A stretch of DNA of 64,000 nucleotides from Octopus sinensis (taxonomy: Eukaryota). Below, in pieces: positions 37,034 to 50,535 of this stretch. The DNA is taken from the NCBI RefSeq assembly GCF_006345805.1, contig NC_043017.1, forward strand, positions 16,926,001 through 16,990,000, read 5' to 3'. The notes beneath the pieces are model-generated. The model did no database searches. It was not told the origin of the DNA and saw nothing but the letters and a program-made list of their open reading frames with translations. The translations under genes and the position numbers were made by a program. The first letter of the stretch is position 1. Each line of letters begins with the position of its first letter.

Positions 37034-38340
37034 CAAATCTGTTAAATAACCGTTCGGAGCTAGGAGATCTTGCATACATCGCACAACCCGTACGTTTAAA
37101 TATTTTAAATAATAATATTGTGAATATTCCTAAATTTTTCAAATTTTAATTCTTTATAACCAAATAAGAACGAATTTACTTTACTGGTTTTTAATTCAAC
37201 ATACATAGATAACTAAAAAACTTAATTGCAAACTTAGAATTAAATTCTTCTTTTTCTAATATTCTCCAATACTAAGTAGTATAAATTCTATGTCCCTAAG
37301 GAAACTATTCGGTTCACCTTGATTATCTCACTTCCATTTCTTAATATAATTAATATAATTAACCTAAGATATTTTTACCTAATCAATTAACCTTTCTTCA
37401 TGGGTAGTAAATATTATTTCCAACATATCCTATATTTTAATTCATTAATAACAACTCACTATCTATGAAATCTGAATAATTTATTCTTCTAAATTACCTC
37501 TATTCATATTATTAAATCACCTTCTACTAAACCTACGAATATCTTTCTTCTTTGATTTCTCCTCTTCCATTTTTCCTAGTATATATTTTGGACCCCTAAT
37601 ATATTCACTTGATTAATAAGACTTTTTTTTCCCCAATTAATAAGTATTATGCCTACTCGTAATAAGTGATAGACTTTTCTCTAAATTGAATAAATGTTAG
37701 ATCTATATTTACCCCTTTAATCCAATGTATCAAAGTACTCAGAACCTATCAGCTATTTTATGATGTTGATGTATACTAGTTTTACAAAATCTCTGCATTC
37801 TCTATGAGTGTCATTATAACCATTTGACATTAACCTAGTTCTCCTAATGCCAAATCTGTTTACCAAATAGTAGTAATTGGCATTGTAATGTGACAATCCC
37901 TTCCTATCTACCTAAATTTCTTTATATGGAACTTTGACATCTATTTCACCCCTATTTCTATAAATAGAAAATCTTTCTTGTCTCCTTTCATTTGTCCATT
38001 CTTCTCAGAACCTTCTAGTAGTTCAGAGCAGCTGAATATTAGCCAGTCAGTCGATGAACTCCACTACCTCAAATGTTCTTAAAATTCAAATCTTTGTCTA
38101 TATATCTACCTTCTCAGTAATGTTACCACTTGATATGAAAATTATGTATTAATGGAAAACCTCTATTAATGGCTGATGAGTGCTCAGCATTTTAAAACTG
38201 TTGTAATACTTACAACATTTAATAAAATGATGTAGTGGGAAACAATCGTACCAAATTACCGAAGTTATTCTTGTTGCTTATTTTAATTATAATCACCCCA
38301 GGGATTTATATGGATAACACCATACAAAATTCTGGTGCAT
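36650..38340. mobile_element. Degraded Penelope-like sequence (pLTR-like part 36650-36990; RT remnant on minus ~37045-38340)
   Basis: Minus-strand DVKVPYKEI (cf. DVxSLYTNI) and DLALGEL (cf. ADLxM..LE); decayed CTGAnGA...GAA motifs near 36870 and 38173. Confidence 0.45.
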
Positions 38341-38388
38341 CTAACTTAAGTATCATATTCATTTGAATCTAAATTTTGCTGAACTTAT

Positions 38389-38421
<33 letters not shown>

Positions 38422-38429
38422 CATACATA

Positions 38430-38908
38430 CAGAATAAGCACTAGGCTTACAAAGAATAAGTCCTGGGGTCAATTTATTCAACCTAAAGGCGGTACTCCAG
38501 TATGGCTACAGTCAGATGACAGAAACAAGTAAAAGAATAAAAGAATATATTGGCTAGGCACAGGAGTGGCTGTGTGGTAGGTAGCTTGCTAACCAACCAC
38601 ACGGTTGCGGGTTCAGTCCCACTGCGTGGCATCTTGGGCAAGTGTCTTCTGCTATAGCCCCGGGCCGACCAATGCCTTGTGAGTGGATTTGGTAGACGGA
38701 AACTGAAAGAAGCCTGTCGTATATATGTATATATATGTGTGTGTGTGTCTGTGTTTGTCCCCCTAGCATTGTTTGACAACCGATGCTGGTCTGTTTAGGT
38801 CCCCGTCACTTAGCGGTTCGGCAAAAAGAGACTGATAGAATAAGTACTAAAGGTGGTGCTCCAGCATGGCCACAGTCAAATGACTGAAACAAGTAAAAGA
38901 GTAAAAGA

Positions 38909-38910
<2 letters not shown>
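38430..38910 (+). mobile_element. Family A SINEs (3' fragment plus near full-length copy 38556-38910)
   Basis: Sequence match to other family A copies. Confidence 0.85.
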
Positions 38911-38960
<50 letters not shown>

Positions 38961-39081
38961 TTTATTTTAAGAGTAACAGATTTTGTTGAATTTTCTGCTG
39001 CTTAAAATAAAGCATATTACTCTACCACTGGTATTTGAGTACTCTTTTTTCCACCTTGTTTCACATTTATGTGTTTACTCC

Positions 39082-39192
<111 letters not shown>

Positions 39193-39256
39193 AGAGAGAC
39201 AGACAGAGTGAGAGAGAGAGAATGAGAGTGAGAGTGAGAGAGAGACAGAGAATGAA

Positions 39257-39287
<31 letters not shown>

Positions 39288-39869
39288 TTGATTAGTTATT
39301 TAAATTGACTTTAATACGTGATTGGTACTCTAGTATATTGACCTAAAAAAACAAAAAATGAAATATTTTGGATTGCATTCAAGCAGTCATTCCTTTTAAT
39401 AATTTTGCATATCTAGAAATCACATGACGTACAAAACCTTGGCAACTGTCTCAGCTGTGATGTCTGTTGTAGTTCATAGTATGTGTGTACTATTTATATG
39501 CTTTATTTTCAGGTTTTTGTGCAACAGGTGTGTGGGCAATCTGAAATTATAGTAGATTGTTTGGGCACACACCTCTGATCGATAATTTCAAAGCTTCCAA
39601 AATAATGAGTGCTCAATAATTTTTTGATGTAATGCATTATGTTAACATAATGCTGACTTTTCTCGAAGCAAATGACTTTCATTTTATCTTCAGGTGCAAA
39701 ATACGCAGTACCTGTGAATTTTTCTACTTGCCCTCTGGGACGGGTGAGCATAATACCAGAACTTGCTCACCCTGTGTTTCTTATTCTAAAGAAAAGATCC
39801 CACCCCTGACACAGTAAACGATCATCCTATTGCTTTCACCTCTAATATTCCTAAGATGATAGAGACAGA

Positions 39870-40130
39870 TCGTCGTTTAACGTCCGCTTTCCATGCTAGC
39901 ATGGGTTGGACGAATTTAACTGAGGGCTGGTGAACCAGATGGCTGCACCAGGCTCCAGTCTGATCTGGCAGAGTTTCTACAGCTGGATGACCTTCCTAAC
40001 ATCAACCACTCCAAGAGTGTAGTGGGTGCTTTTACATGCCACTGGCACGGGGGCCAGTCAGGCGGTACTGGCAATGACCTCGCTCGAATCTTTTTACACA
40101 TGCCACTGGCACAGGTGCCAGTAAGGCGAT
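39870..40130 (-). mobile_element. RTE 3' UTR fragment (family B)
   Basis: Reverse complement of family B tail. Confidence 0.85.
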
Positions 40131-40134
40131 GTAA

Positions 40135-41200
40135 TAACAATAATATTCTCCAACATTTTGAATCTCTTCTCAGTGACCATCTGTATGGCTTCTGCCAGAT
40201 CCAGTGGAACTCTACTCTTATGGTGAATGACATAAGAGAAGAGTTCTTACACTTTAGAGAAATTTGTTGATAGCAATGTTGTTGCCCTAGATATCAGCAA
40301 AAACTTTGACTGTATCTAACATGTAAATCTTCTATCAAAATCTTCCTACCTATGGGCTCCGTCCATCTCTCATGACTTGGATCTGTAGCTTCCTGTTTGA
40401 TTGCACAATGATAGCATATGTTAGCAGCACTCTCTCTATTCCACTCTCAATAAACTCTAGTGTTCCCTAGGGTTCAATTCTGTCTCCCACTCTACTCTTC
40501 CTATACATGAATGACCTACTTCCTCCACTCCAACTACATCTGTTTTTATGCAGATGATATGGCTTTTTATTTCTTGCTAACTTTCCTCAATCATGCATCA
40601 TCCAGACACAGCCTAGATACTGCAGGCGAAACCAATATTGGTTCCATAAACAAAGGCAGTATGAACATTCTTCTATAGGACCATTCCAGCCTTGTCTCTT
40701 TTATCAAGAAAACACCCTACTACGCATGAGGCACACTCATCTAGAGCACTCACAGTCATCTGAAACACTGGATTTAATATCTTTAAGGATCTCTACTTGT
40801 GGAAGCACATCTTTAGCATAGCTAGAACTACTTCCCAAAAACTGGCCCTTCTTTTCAATATCAAAAGCTATTTCAGTCCCCAACAGCAGATGACATTGTG
40901 CAAAGCTCAAATGAGGTCCTCAATAGAGTACAACTCCCACATCTGTGATAGTACTGCTGCTATGCACACAGACATCCTGAGAATAGCCATTTAGCTGATT
41001 GGCATGCTATCAGTTATGGACACACTCCAGCCTTTGGCCCACAGGCATACTGACTCTTAGTCTTTCTTATCACTACTTATAATGGCCTCTGCTCCTTGGA
41101 TCTGACTGATCTTGTACCTCCACCATCCTGGCCTATTTGTCTTTCCATTTCTCATCACCCTGGTTGCACACAAACTGCTCTTTTGCTTCACACTAACCAT
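40135..41200 (+). mobile_element. Degraded CR1/Jockey-group LINE RT
   Basis: HLYGF, ALDISKNFD, SVP*GSILSPTLLFLYMNDL, FYADD, LCKAQMRSSIEYNSHI. Confidence 0.85.
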
Positions 41201-42410
41201 TTTCCCGTCTTTTCTCCTTAATTTTTAAAATCTTAGTTTGAAAATCTTTGGGACCATCGACTCCCTCTAACTTCCATACCTTTTCATATGAGGAAGAAAT
41301 TTTGAGTTTTTGCTTAAAACAACAACAAAATATACCTGCCTGATATGAATTAAGATATGAATTAAGATATGAACTAAAATAAAACTATGAACTGCCTCAT
41401 ATGAAGGTTTTAACTGGGAACATTTGAAATGGCATATAATGATTTTTTTTAGTGAATAATTGATGATAACTCATGTTAATGGATGTCATATCAAGAATGC
41501 ATTGATTTATGATATTTCCTTTCCAATTCCATGGATTTTTTGATATGGTAAAGAGATATTTCCATCTTGTTTTATAGTTCATTCAACAACCAACTTTAAT
41601 TATGTAATTAATGAAAACTCATGTAAAGGAAAGCGTAACCAGATCAATTGATGATATTCACCAATCTTAAGGAAAAAAAAATAATATCTAAGTTTTTATG
41701 AACTGTATTACAAGGTTTAATAAACCTTATTCAAGTCTTGCAAAACACATGTATTGAAGAAAATCTTCAAATATCTAAAGAATTTTTACTTTAGATTTTG
41801 CTGAATGGAAAGTATACTAGCAGAAGCATTTAGCATGAAAACCTTATTCATTCCATGTGCATTGCTTTGGACAGTAGGGACAATAAACTCAAGATGTTTT
41901 ATATAGGCAGGGAAGTGTCTTTTCAGGTATATTTTGTTTCCAATTGTGAGTTTATTTTAGTCGTTGCATTTCAATATAGTAAGATAAGATCTTTGAAAAT
42001 ACTTTATTTTCAGCCTTTATAATCAGAATGATATTCCTCATGGTCAGAGACAGCAATTTCTGGAAACCTGAGCACTTTCACAATTCTGTGATTCCCATTC
42101 CAACCTCACAATAACATATTTGTGAAGACATATCAGACATATAGAGATAGAATAATTGAGAAATAACCCAAATACTCTGTTCTCTGTGAAAGTTAGTGGT
42201 AACGAGAATTGAATGTCAATGACTTGTACTTTTGCAATGAAAAACACACCCGCTAATAAGTTCCCGTTAGCCTTCAGTGCCCCTGTCTTTCTTTATACCT
42301 TTTCAAATGTCACAAGATTGGGCCTTTGGATGTTGTAGGTTGTTGCTGAGCCACCTAATCTTGCTGGTAGTAAATCCAGATGAAAAACATATACAAACAA
42401 GGTTGTAACT

Positions 42411-42638
42411 TTAACCCTTTAGTGTTCAGATTACTCTGTTAAATGTATAATTTTTTTTAATCAAATTGTTTTTAATTAATCATGCATTATCTTATAGCTT
42501 TGAGGTTTCAACGACATGATTGTTTATTTTTAGAATGTCAATGTAGGTTAGGTGTGAGAGCCCTGATCTGGTCAGTTTGAGCATAAAATAGGTAGAAAAC
42601 TTTGGCCGGATATGGCCGGTTTAAACACTAAAGGGTTA
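42411..42638. mobile_element. piggyBac-like MITE
   Basis: TTAA-CCCTTTAG...CTAAAGGG-TTAA termini; related copies ~12590-12765, 22118-22686, 45100-45928. Confidence 0.8.
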
Positions 42639-42677
42639 AACATGTTTATTGTGGCCACACGTATATACACAATGGAA

Positions 42678-43039
42678 TCTCTCTATATATAAACGGCAAA
42701 ATGTCTGTGTGTGTGTCCGTCCTTTATACAAATCCACAATTTTTCAGTTACAGGGCTCACACTTTCCATGGTTATTCAAAACCGTCCAAGGGTGGTCGTG
42801 CACATCTTTACATTTCCCCAGTCACCCCGCAAAGCCATTAAAAAAATCAATAGAAGTGACTTTTTTGTGAATTTTCTATCCAAAACCCAATCAAAATGCC
42901 CGAAACTTGATACGCCAATTGAATGCCAGCTTGCTGTATCTGACTGGTTGGAGATTTGGACAGTACTCGCATGTATGTGCGCACGCACGCAGCTGTATAT
43001 GCATGCACTAGCACTATGACCCGGCGGTCATAGTGCTAG
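42678..43039 (+). mobile_element. Non-autonomous Helitron
   Basis: A|TC start (TCTCTCTATATATAAA), 3' hairpin, CTAG|T end, no TSD. Confidence 0.88.
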
Positions 43040-43562
43040 TGATAATTAAAATGGCTGGTGGCTGTGGTCTTCTGTGCTGTGCTCCTATCTGCCAGCTGGC
43101 CTGTGGCATAAGATAGAGCCAGTCAAGTTGCGTCCTCATAGCTTGCACATCAGTGCAGAAAAGAGGAAGAGATGAGGTTATGTGTTTGAACCTTAATGTT
43201 GTGTAATGACCTCTATCTCTGGCCAGCTTGCTTGACCCACTGTCAAGTGGGGTAATGCACCTAAAGGCCAAAGAAAGTTCTGCTTCCCTGTTGCAGAAAG
43301 ATTATAAAGTTGTTGAAACCGACTTCTTTTGTTGCCTGCAAGTCCTTACTTCAACTTACCAGGAGCAAATCCTGAAGAAACACACTACAGACTTTGCCAG
43401 GGAAAGTTGAAATATTCTGGAGTGATCAATTTTCAGTTGATAACACCTGGAAAGGTAACTTTTCAGGTGGGGTTAAGGTGGGATCAGAACCTAACTTATT
43501 TCACTGATGCATTACTGCCATCATCTCTAAAACCCCAATAACAACAACACAACCAAAACTGC

Positions 43563-43825
43563 CATCATCATTGTTTGACTGTGGTCGAGACAATGGAGTA
43601 TACTATGCTACACCAGACTTCACGGTCCATCATAGCATTACGGAGGTCCTGTTGTTGGATGCCTGTATCCCTGGAGATTACATCAGGGTAGGAGAGTGTG
43701 CACCCTCTGGTATTGCGAGCAGATGGCTTCCAGAGGAGAAGAGTAGAAATTACCTCGTTTTCAGCTCTACAACAATGTCCAGCAAACTGGACCCTTCTAC
43801 CTTTCACAAGAGATGATACAGACAT
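43563..43825 (-). mobile_element. RTE/RTEX-like LINE 3' end (second copy 4620-4750)
   Basis: RRVQFAGHCCRAENEVISTLLLWKP...SYPDVISRDTG...AMMDREVW; (GAT)n tail. Confidence 0.85.
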
Positions 43826-45111
43826 TCACAGACATCACCACCATCACAGCACCAGTATCGGCATTATCAATACTTTGTAAGGGTTTCATTATTCAGGTAG
43901 GATATCCAGAGATGATGAATTTTCAGGTGGCAACACCTTGGGCTATAATTTTTCAAGTGAGGTCCAGTTGAGATCAGAACACTGATACATAACCACCACC
44001 ACCACCATCATCACAACTATCACCATCGTTGCCACAAGCAACAACTACCACTTTTATCACAACTACATCATGAGTATTGACACAACAACTATCACCATCA
44101 CCACCACCATCGTCAACATATGCATAACTGCTACTACTATCACTACCAACATCAGTGCCACCATCCCCCATGACTACCACCACAGATACAACCACCAATA
44201 ATCAACGGGATCACTATGCCATCACACAAACTGCTTGAAATAGGGACCAAATCTTCCTCAAACAACACACACTGCCGTCTAAAATAAGAATGTGATGGAA
44301 TGCATGCTTTGCCACAGAGAAAAGTGAGGTGAGATGTTTATGGCAAGAACTTCTTCCATCACAGATCTGCTCAACTAGTTCCGATCTCGGACCAAACACT
44401 AACAATATATATAACGTATAATTAACATCTGGCAATTTATTCCATACAATTATTCTATATAATTGTCTTAGCTTCAATTATTTTTGGAACAATAAGATTT
44501 ACTAACTTTTATTTAAACAATTCACAATGAAGATGTACAATAGAAAGGAATATATTTATGTTATCCTAATTATAGAAATTAATATTCATTGAGTGCTGAG
44601 GTGATGAGTCTTTGGGTGATACAAGCTGTGATATTGAGTCTTCATGTTGGTTTGGCTCAGGTGACAATTCTTCAGATGGTGTAAGCTGTGACTGTGATTC
44701 TTCATGGCTCAGGTGACAATTCTTCAAGTGGACATTATCAGGTAAAGATTCTTTTGTTGATGGGAAAAATAAGAAAGAATTGCATAAAATCCTGAGTCAT
44801 AGATTCCTTAACAAAAATTCCTGATGAGTCACAAAATACTAGAAATTATTTTCCAGTGTTTTTTATTAAGCTTTTGATGATTTTGAAAAATTTATTTTAC
44901 TAAACAATTGCATTATTTTTATTTCCCACCCACACAAATACTTCACAGTTCATACTCAAATTTAAGTAACAGAAAGTCATAATCCAATGCTGTTTCATTA
45001 CCAAGCCAGTGCAGCCGTGATTGGAATAGTTTTGTATACCAGGTTTACAGTATTGTTTTTGTAAACAAAATTATTTTCATGATAAGTAAACGCATGTTTT
45101 ACCCTTTAGCA

Positions 45112-45463
45112 TCTCTATATATATAAATGGCAAAATGTCTGCATGTGTATCCTTTATACAAATCCACAATTTTTCAGTTAGAGGGCTCGCACTTTCTATG
45201 GTCTTTCAAAACCGTCCAAGGGTGGTCGTGCACATCTTTACATTTCCCCAGTTACCCCGCAAAGCCATTAAAAAAATCAATAGAAGTGACTTTTTTGTGA
45301 ATTTTCTATCCAAAACCCAATCAAAATGCCCGAAACTTGATACGCCAATTGAATGCCATCTATCTGTATGTGATTGGTTGGAGATTTGGACAGTACTCGC
45401 ATGTATGTGCGCATGTACACAGCTGTATATGCATGCACTAGCGTTGCCGGGTCATAGTGCTAG
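45112..45463 (+). mobile_element. Second copy of the non-autonomous Helitron, inserted at A|T inside a piggyBac-like MITE
   Basis: Near-identical to 42678-43039; removing it restores CCCTTTAGCA-TTCAGATT of the MITE. Confidence 0.9.
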
Positions 45464-47274
45464 TTCAGATTATATTGTCAAATGTAATACTTATTTATTC
45501 ACATTGTTTTGAATTTTCAGGTGGCAACACCTTGGGCTATAATTTTTTAAGTGAGGTCCAGTTCTGGTCAGGACACTAATACATAACTACCACCACTACT
45601 TGCAACAACACCTAAACCACCACCATCATTACCACCAGCAACACTACCATTTTTATTACAACCATCACAACTACCACCACCATCAACATTGCCAATACCA
45701 GCATAACTGCTTCTACTATCACCACCAACATCAACGCCATCCCCATGACTACCACCACAGATACAACCACCAATAATCATTATCTTATGGCTTTGAGATT
45801 TCGATGATGTGATCATATATTTTTAGAATGACATTGTAGGGTAGGTGTAAGAAGTGAGATCTTGACAGTTTGAACATAAAGCAATGGAATATTCGGGCTG
45901 GATATGACTGGTTTAAATATTAAAGGGTCCTGAGTTAGCAAAGTAAAATGTTCAATTTATGCCAATAAATTGCGTTCTTGTACTCAGCTGGAGCAGAGGT
46001 TTTTCCCTCTTTTCTTAGTTTTCTGTCATAACAGAAGCACTGATGACAGTGAAAGTCAAACTTGGACACTTGTTGGTCGGGCAGCGACAGGTGATTCTAC
46101 ACCACAAAAATTAATTACCAACTTTGTCAATGAATATCAGATCCTCTCAGTACTTTATCGGTAAATTACTTTATTGTTCTGGATTGAAAAGTGAAGTTAA
46201 CCGTGACAAGGTATGAAACTCAGAACAATACTGAATACCGCAGCCATTCTGTTCAACGCTCCAATGATTTTGTCTCAATCTGATGAAATGCATAGAATAC
46301 CCTTTTGCACATTTTGATACATATTTATCACATGCTATTATGAAATGGCAGCACGGAATTTTGTCAGTGAACAGGTCGCGGTCACAAAGCGACGAAAATA
46401 TTTTGACAAATTAAACTTAAATGTTGAAGTGAATCGAACGGTTTTGTGTGTTTCTTAAATGGCTTATAAACACCTTCCACGCTGCAATTGTTTTCGTTTC
46501 AGTACACGACCTCAGATCAAATCACTTGCTATGCAAGTACATCTCCGCAAAAGTTACTTGTTTGATCAGAAACATCATTTGTCTGGAGATAAGCTTTAAT
46601 ATACTTTAGTAGGTGGGGAAACGGGAATTGTTGGAGGCGAAACAGAGTAAGTAAAATAAGTTGTAACCAGAAATGGAACCTGAACCATAGCCTTGTTTTA
46701 TAGGATGTATCATACATATACTATGGTGTGTGTGTGCTGATCTTTACACAGTTGTATCTATATCTCCATGTCTCACAAGGCTATCAATCTGCTTCTAGAA
46801 AGTTCTTCTCTAAAATGCAGGTAGTCCTGCATACACATTTCCCATCTCTGCACCAATATTATCATAGGTGTTACTTTTAGAATACAAGAAGCCAGAAATG
46901 ACACCACAAGACAATTCACCACTCTAACAATTTTTGCAAATCTGTCTCCTAATTGGTACTTTGTTGATTGCTGTGGGGAAACATTTGCAGCAGATCTCTC
47001 CTTGGAGTCAATTACACAGCATCTCTGTTAAGATGCAGATTTGCAGCATGTCCAATATTACCATATTTGGCAGTTTTATAACAGCAAGCATTAAATTGCC
47101 TGTGCAAATAACATGCTTACTGATACATATCACAGCCAACAATATCTTGAGTTGGCTGTGATAGAATGTCAGTAGAAAAGAACTGTCTTGGTTCTCATGC
47201 CAAAATACAAACATCTGCCATTTAAACCCTTTCGTTATTGTATTTATTTTGAGATACTATATTTTATATATTTA

Positions 47275-48235
47275 TATTTTATCTAGTTTCAGCTCATGAG
47301 CTGTGGCCATGCTGGGGCACTGCCATTCAGTGTTGCTACATGATTTTACTTCATGAATGCTTTTTAGCAATTGCCATTTGGTGCATGAAAGAGTTCAATG
47401 CTGCTGCCCTCATCTGCACCTCCTGCCGTGAAGTTGGTTAATCTGGGACACCTGACAGGAAGAGATCCAGTTTAATTTTAAAGACATCTGCATCCACCCC
47501 ATGCAGGTCTCTCAGGTCCTTCAGGAGGATATTGAAGAGCTGTGGACCTCTGAAGCCCAGGCTATCACAGTATTTTGTCCTACATCTTGATGGCAAATTT
47601 GGAGTCCTTGGCACTATGCAGTGACACCCAGTTCTGGTATTTGTGTAACTCTCGATGCCAAAGTTTGGTATAAGTCCTTCCAGGATCTTCCAGATGTATA
47701 TTATGGCATATCTTTCTAGCCTACATTCTGAGGAATAGAGTCTTAATCTCTTGAGTCTTTCCCAATAGCTTATATGCTGCAAAGAGGCTATCTTCTTTGT
47801 GTGGCTTTGTTGGATCGCCTCGAGTTCTGTGATTAATTTGACACTGGATGGTGACCATAGCTGAGAGCAATAGTAAAAGTGGCTTAGGACAAGTGTCCTC
47901 CAGAGGACCATCATGGTTTCCTGGTCTCTTGTTCTAAAGGCTCTAAGATTCCATCCGGTCAGCCGCCTACATTTCATTGCCAATTTAGCAACATGCACAT
48001 GAAAGGTTGCATCATCACTCATGTAAATACCCAGGTCACGCACTGATTGTGCCTCTGGGATTGCAATCCCTCCAGGTCCAGTGTATTTATTGGGTATTGC
48101 ATTTAGTTTTGCATGCTGATAGCCCATGGCTTGAAACTTTTCAGCATTGAACTGCATGCTATTCTTTTCAGCCCACTTGTATATTTTGTCCAGCTCACAT
48201 TGCAGGTGCATAGTGTCTTCAGGGTTCTGTATTAC
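47275..48235 (-). mobile_element. CR1-group LINE 3' fragment nested in a piggyBac-like MITE (47222-48424)
   Basis: 275-aa frame LQCELDKIYKWAEKNSMQFNAEKF...VRDLGI...SYWERLKRLRLYS; outer ends AACCCTTTC / GAAAGGGTTAA. Confidence 0.9.
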
Positions 48236-48587
48236 CTTTTTTTCAATTAATTTTAAATATAACAAAGAATTTAGTAAAATAACTTATTTATCATTCAGCT
48301 AGAGTTAGGAACATAAATTGTGACTAAGGTTTGGTGGAAGATTTTAATTCAAAACTTATGAAAACAAGACATTTGTACTCAGAGCCAGAGCCGGTTTCAG
48401 CCGGGTTGGTAATGAAAGGGTTAAAGCTAGCCAGAGATAATATATAATAAATATGACTGGAAACTTTGTTACTCACCCACATTATTTAAGATCATCTGTC
48501 AATAATTTACCAGCATACATATCTCTTGTATCTTATCTACTTTCTTTCAAAGATGCTTGCATAAATATACCCAAGGGACATAAAATA

Positions 48588-48790
48588 TTCGCCAGCCTCG
48601 TCTGGCACCTGTGTCGGTGGCACATAAAATCACCCACTACACTCTCGGAGTGGTTGGCGTTAGGAAGGGCATCCAGCTGTAGAAACACTGCCAGATCTGA
48701 CTGGCCTGGTGCAGCCTTCGGGCTCCCCAGACCCCAGTTGAACCGTCCAACCCATGCTAGCATGGAAAACGGACGCTAAATGAATGATGA
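48588..48790 (+). mobile_element. RTE 3' UTR fragment, near-identical to 32194-32388
   Basis: Same diagnostic AAAATCACCCACTAC and AGATCTGACTGGCC variants. Confidence 0.9.
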
Positions 48791-49274
48791 TACTCATATC
48801 CAAATCATCAAATAATGATTATATTGACTGAGAACAATCATGTAATTTATTCATACTTCAATATAGCCTTCGAAATTTTCTCATCAACACACAGCTGAGT
48901 GTTAGACATTTTATCTAACAGTCTGATGACTGCTAGCTTGTGGGCAAAGACGTGCAAGTGGCTGAGTACTCCACAGACAAGTGTACACTTAGTGTAGTTT
49001 TCAGGGAGGTTTCAGCATGACACAGAATGTAAAAAGGCTGGCCCATTGAATTACAGGTACTACTCATTTCTGGCAGTTGAGTGGACTGGAGCAAAGTGAA
49101 ATAAAGTCTCTTGCTCAAGGACTCAACGCATCGCCTTGAATCGAATTCACGACCCTAACCATCAAGCCATGCGCCTTCGAAATACATAGAATAATGCAGT
49201 TCTTGTACTGTATTTGAAAAAGCAGATTTCTGATTGAACTACACGATATAACCAGCTATAACTTTTTTGTTGTT

Positions 49275-49578
49275 GTTACTCTTTTACTTGTTTCAGTCAT
49301 TTGACTGAGGCCATGCTGGAGCACCGCCTTTAATCGAGGACTTATTCTTTTGTAAGCCCAGTACTTCTACTATCGGTCTCTTTTGCCGAACCTCTAAGTA
49401 ACGGGAATATAAGCACACCAGCATCGGTTGTCAAGCAATGCTAGGGGGACAAACACAGACACACAAACACATATATATACGACGGGCTTCTTTCAGTTTC
49501 CGTCTACCAAATCCACTCACAAGGCTTTGGTCGGTCCGAGGCTATAGTAGAAGACACTTGACCAAGGTGCCACGCAGC
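49275..49578 (-). mobile_element. Family A SINE, 5'-truncated (further copies 50560-50905 + and 56505-56848 +)
   Basis: Sequence match. Confidence 0.85.
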
Positions 49579-50237
49579 GTTATATACTCCCCACGTGCAA
49601 GATAACGAGATTGACAAAAAAAAAAAGAAAAAAAAAAAGAAATCAAAATCTCGTTGTTTCTGGAAATCCTTCATTGCCACTTTATTTAAAAAACTCTTTC
49701 CAAACTTGCTTTTATTTGTATCTGAAAACACGGACGGTATGATCCAGTAAAATATTTTTTTTTCCCCCAAAACTTTCAAAATAATTTTCGAAATCAGAAA
49801 TATGGAAATCATGTGTACCTTTATGATCGAGACATGGCAGCTTAAAGTTGATGTAAAGTTTATATTTTACATACAGATTATTGAAAGAGAGAGTGAGTAA
49901 GGATAATTGAAAGAAAGAATAGAGAAAAGAGGAGAAAGATGCTAATACCATAAACTTGTTTGCCTTACTAGGCGCGGATCAAGTGACGGAGTTATTACGA
50001 TAATTACTGTGAAGTTTTTCCATGGTAAATGTTTTTCCTACACACCCATCTAACACGAAAGCAGTTTTCATACTTTAGACCACACACACACACGTACTCA
50101 CATCCAGTCAGGTGTCATTTACCTCGCGCAGCACGAAACTGCGCCTAACTTTTTTCGATTTCGAATTATTTTGAAATCATGAAAAACTTTTTTTCTCTCA
50201 ACCGAATCATACTGTCCACCTTTTTTTTTAGACAAAG

Positions 50238-50332
50238 ATAATAATAATAATAATAATAATATTAATAATAATAATAATAATAATTAATAATAAAAATAAA
50301 TAATAATAATTAATAAAAAAAAATTAATAATA

Positions 50333-50368
<36 letters not shown>

Positions 50369-50462
50369 TAATAATAATAATAATAATTAATAATAATAAT
50401 AATAATTAATAATAATAATAATAATAACAATAATAATAATAAATAATAATAATATATAAATG

Positions 50463-50520
<58 letters not shown>

Positions 50521-50535
50521 TGATGATGATGATAA
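50238..50535. repeat. (TAA)n microsatellite
   Basis: ~300 nt imperfect AAT repeat. Confidence 0.95.

Noticed and set aside
38170-38210. Hammerhead motif starting CTGATGAGTGCTCAGCAT
   Set aside because: GAAA core and stem I partner are not present; at best a decayed remnant (same for 36870 and 44822)
43974-45816. Gly/Asp/Val-rich minus-strand ORFs
   Set aside because: Degenerate (ACC/ATC)n repeats in a duplicated block, one copy inserted within a MITE; no splice or start support
49620-49812. Penelope-like peptide FGKSFLNKVAMKDF on minus strand
   Set aside because: Similarity is short and weak in AT-rich sequence; not enough to call
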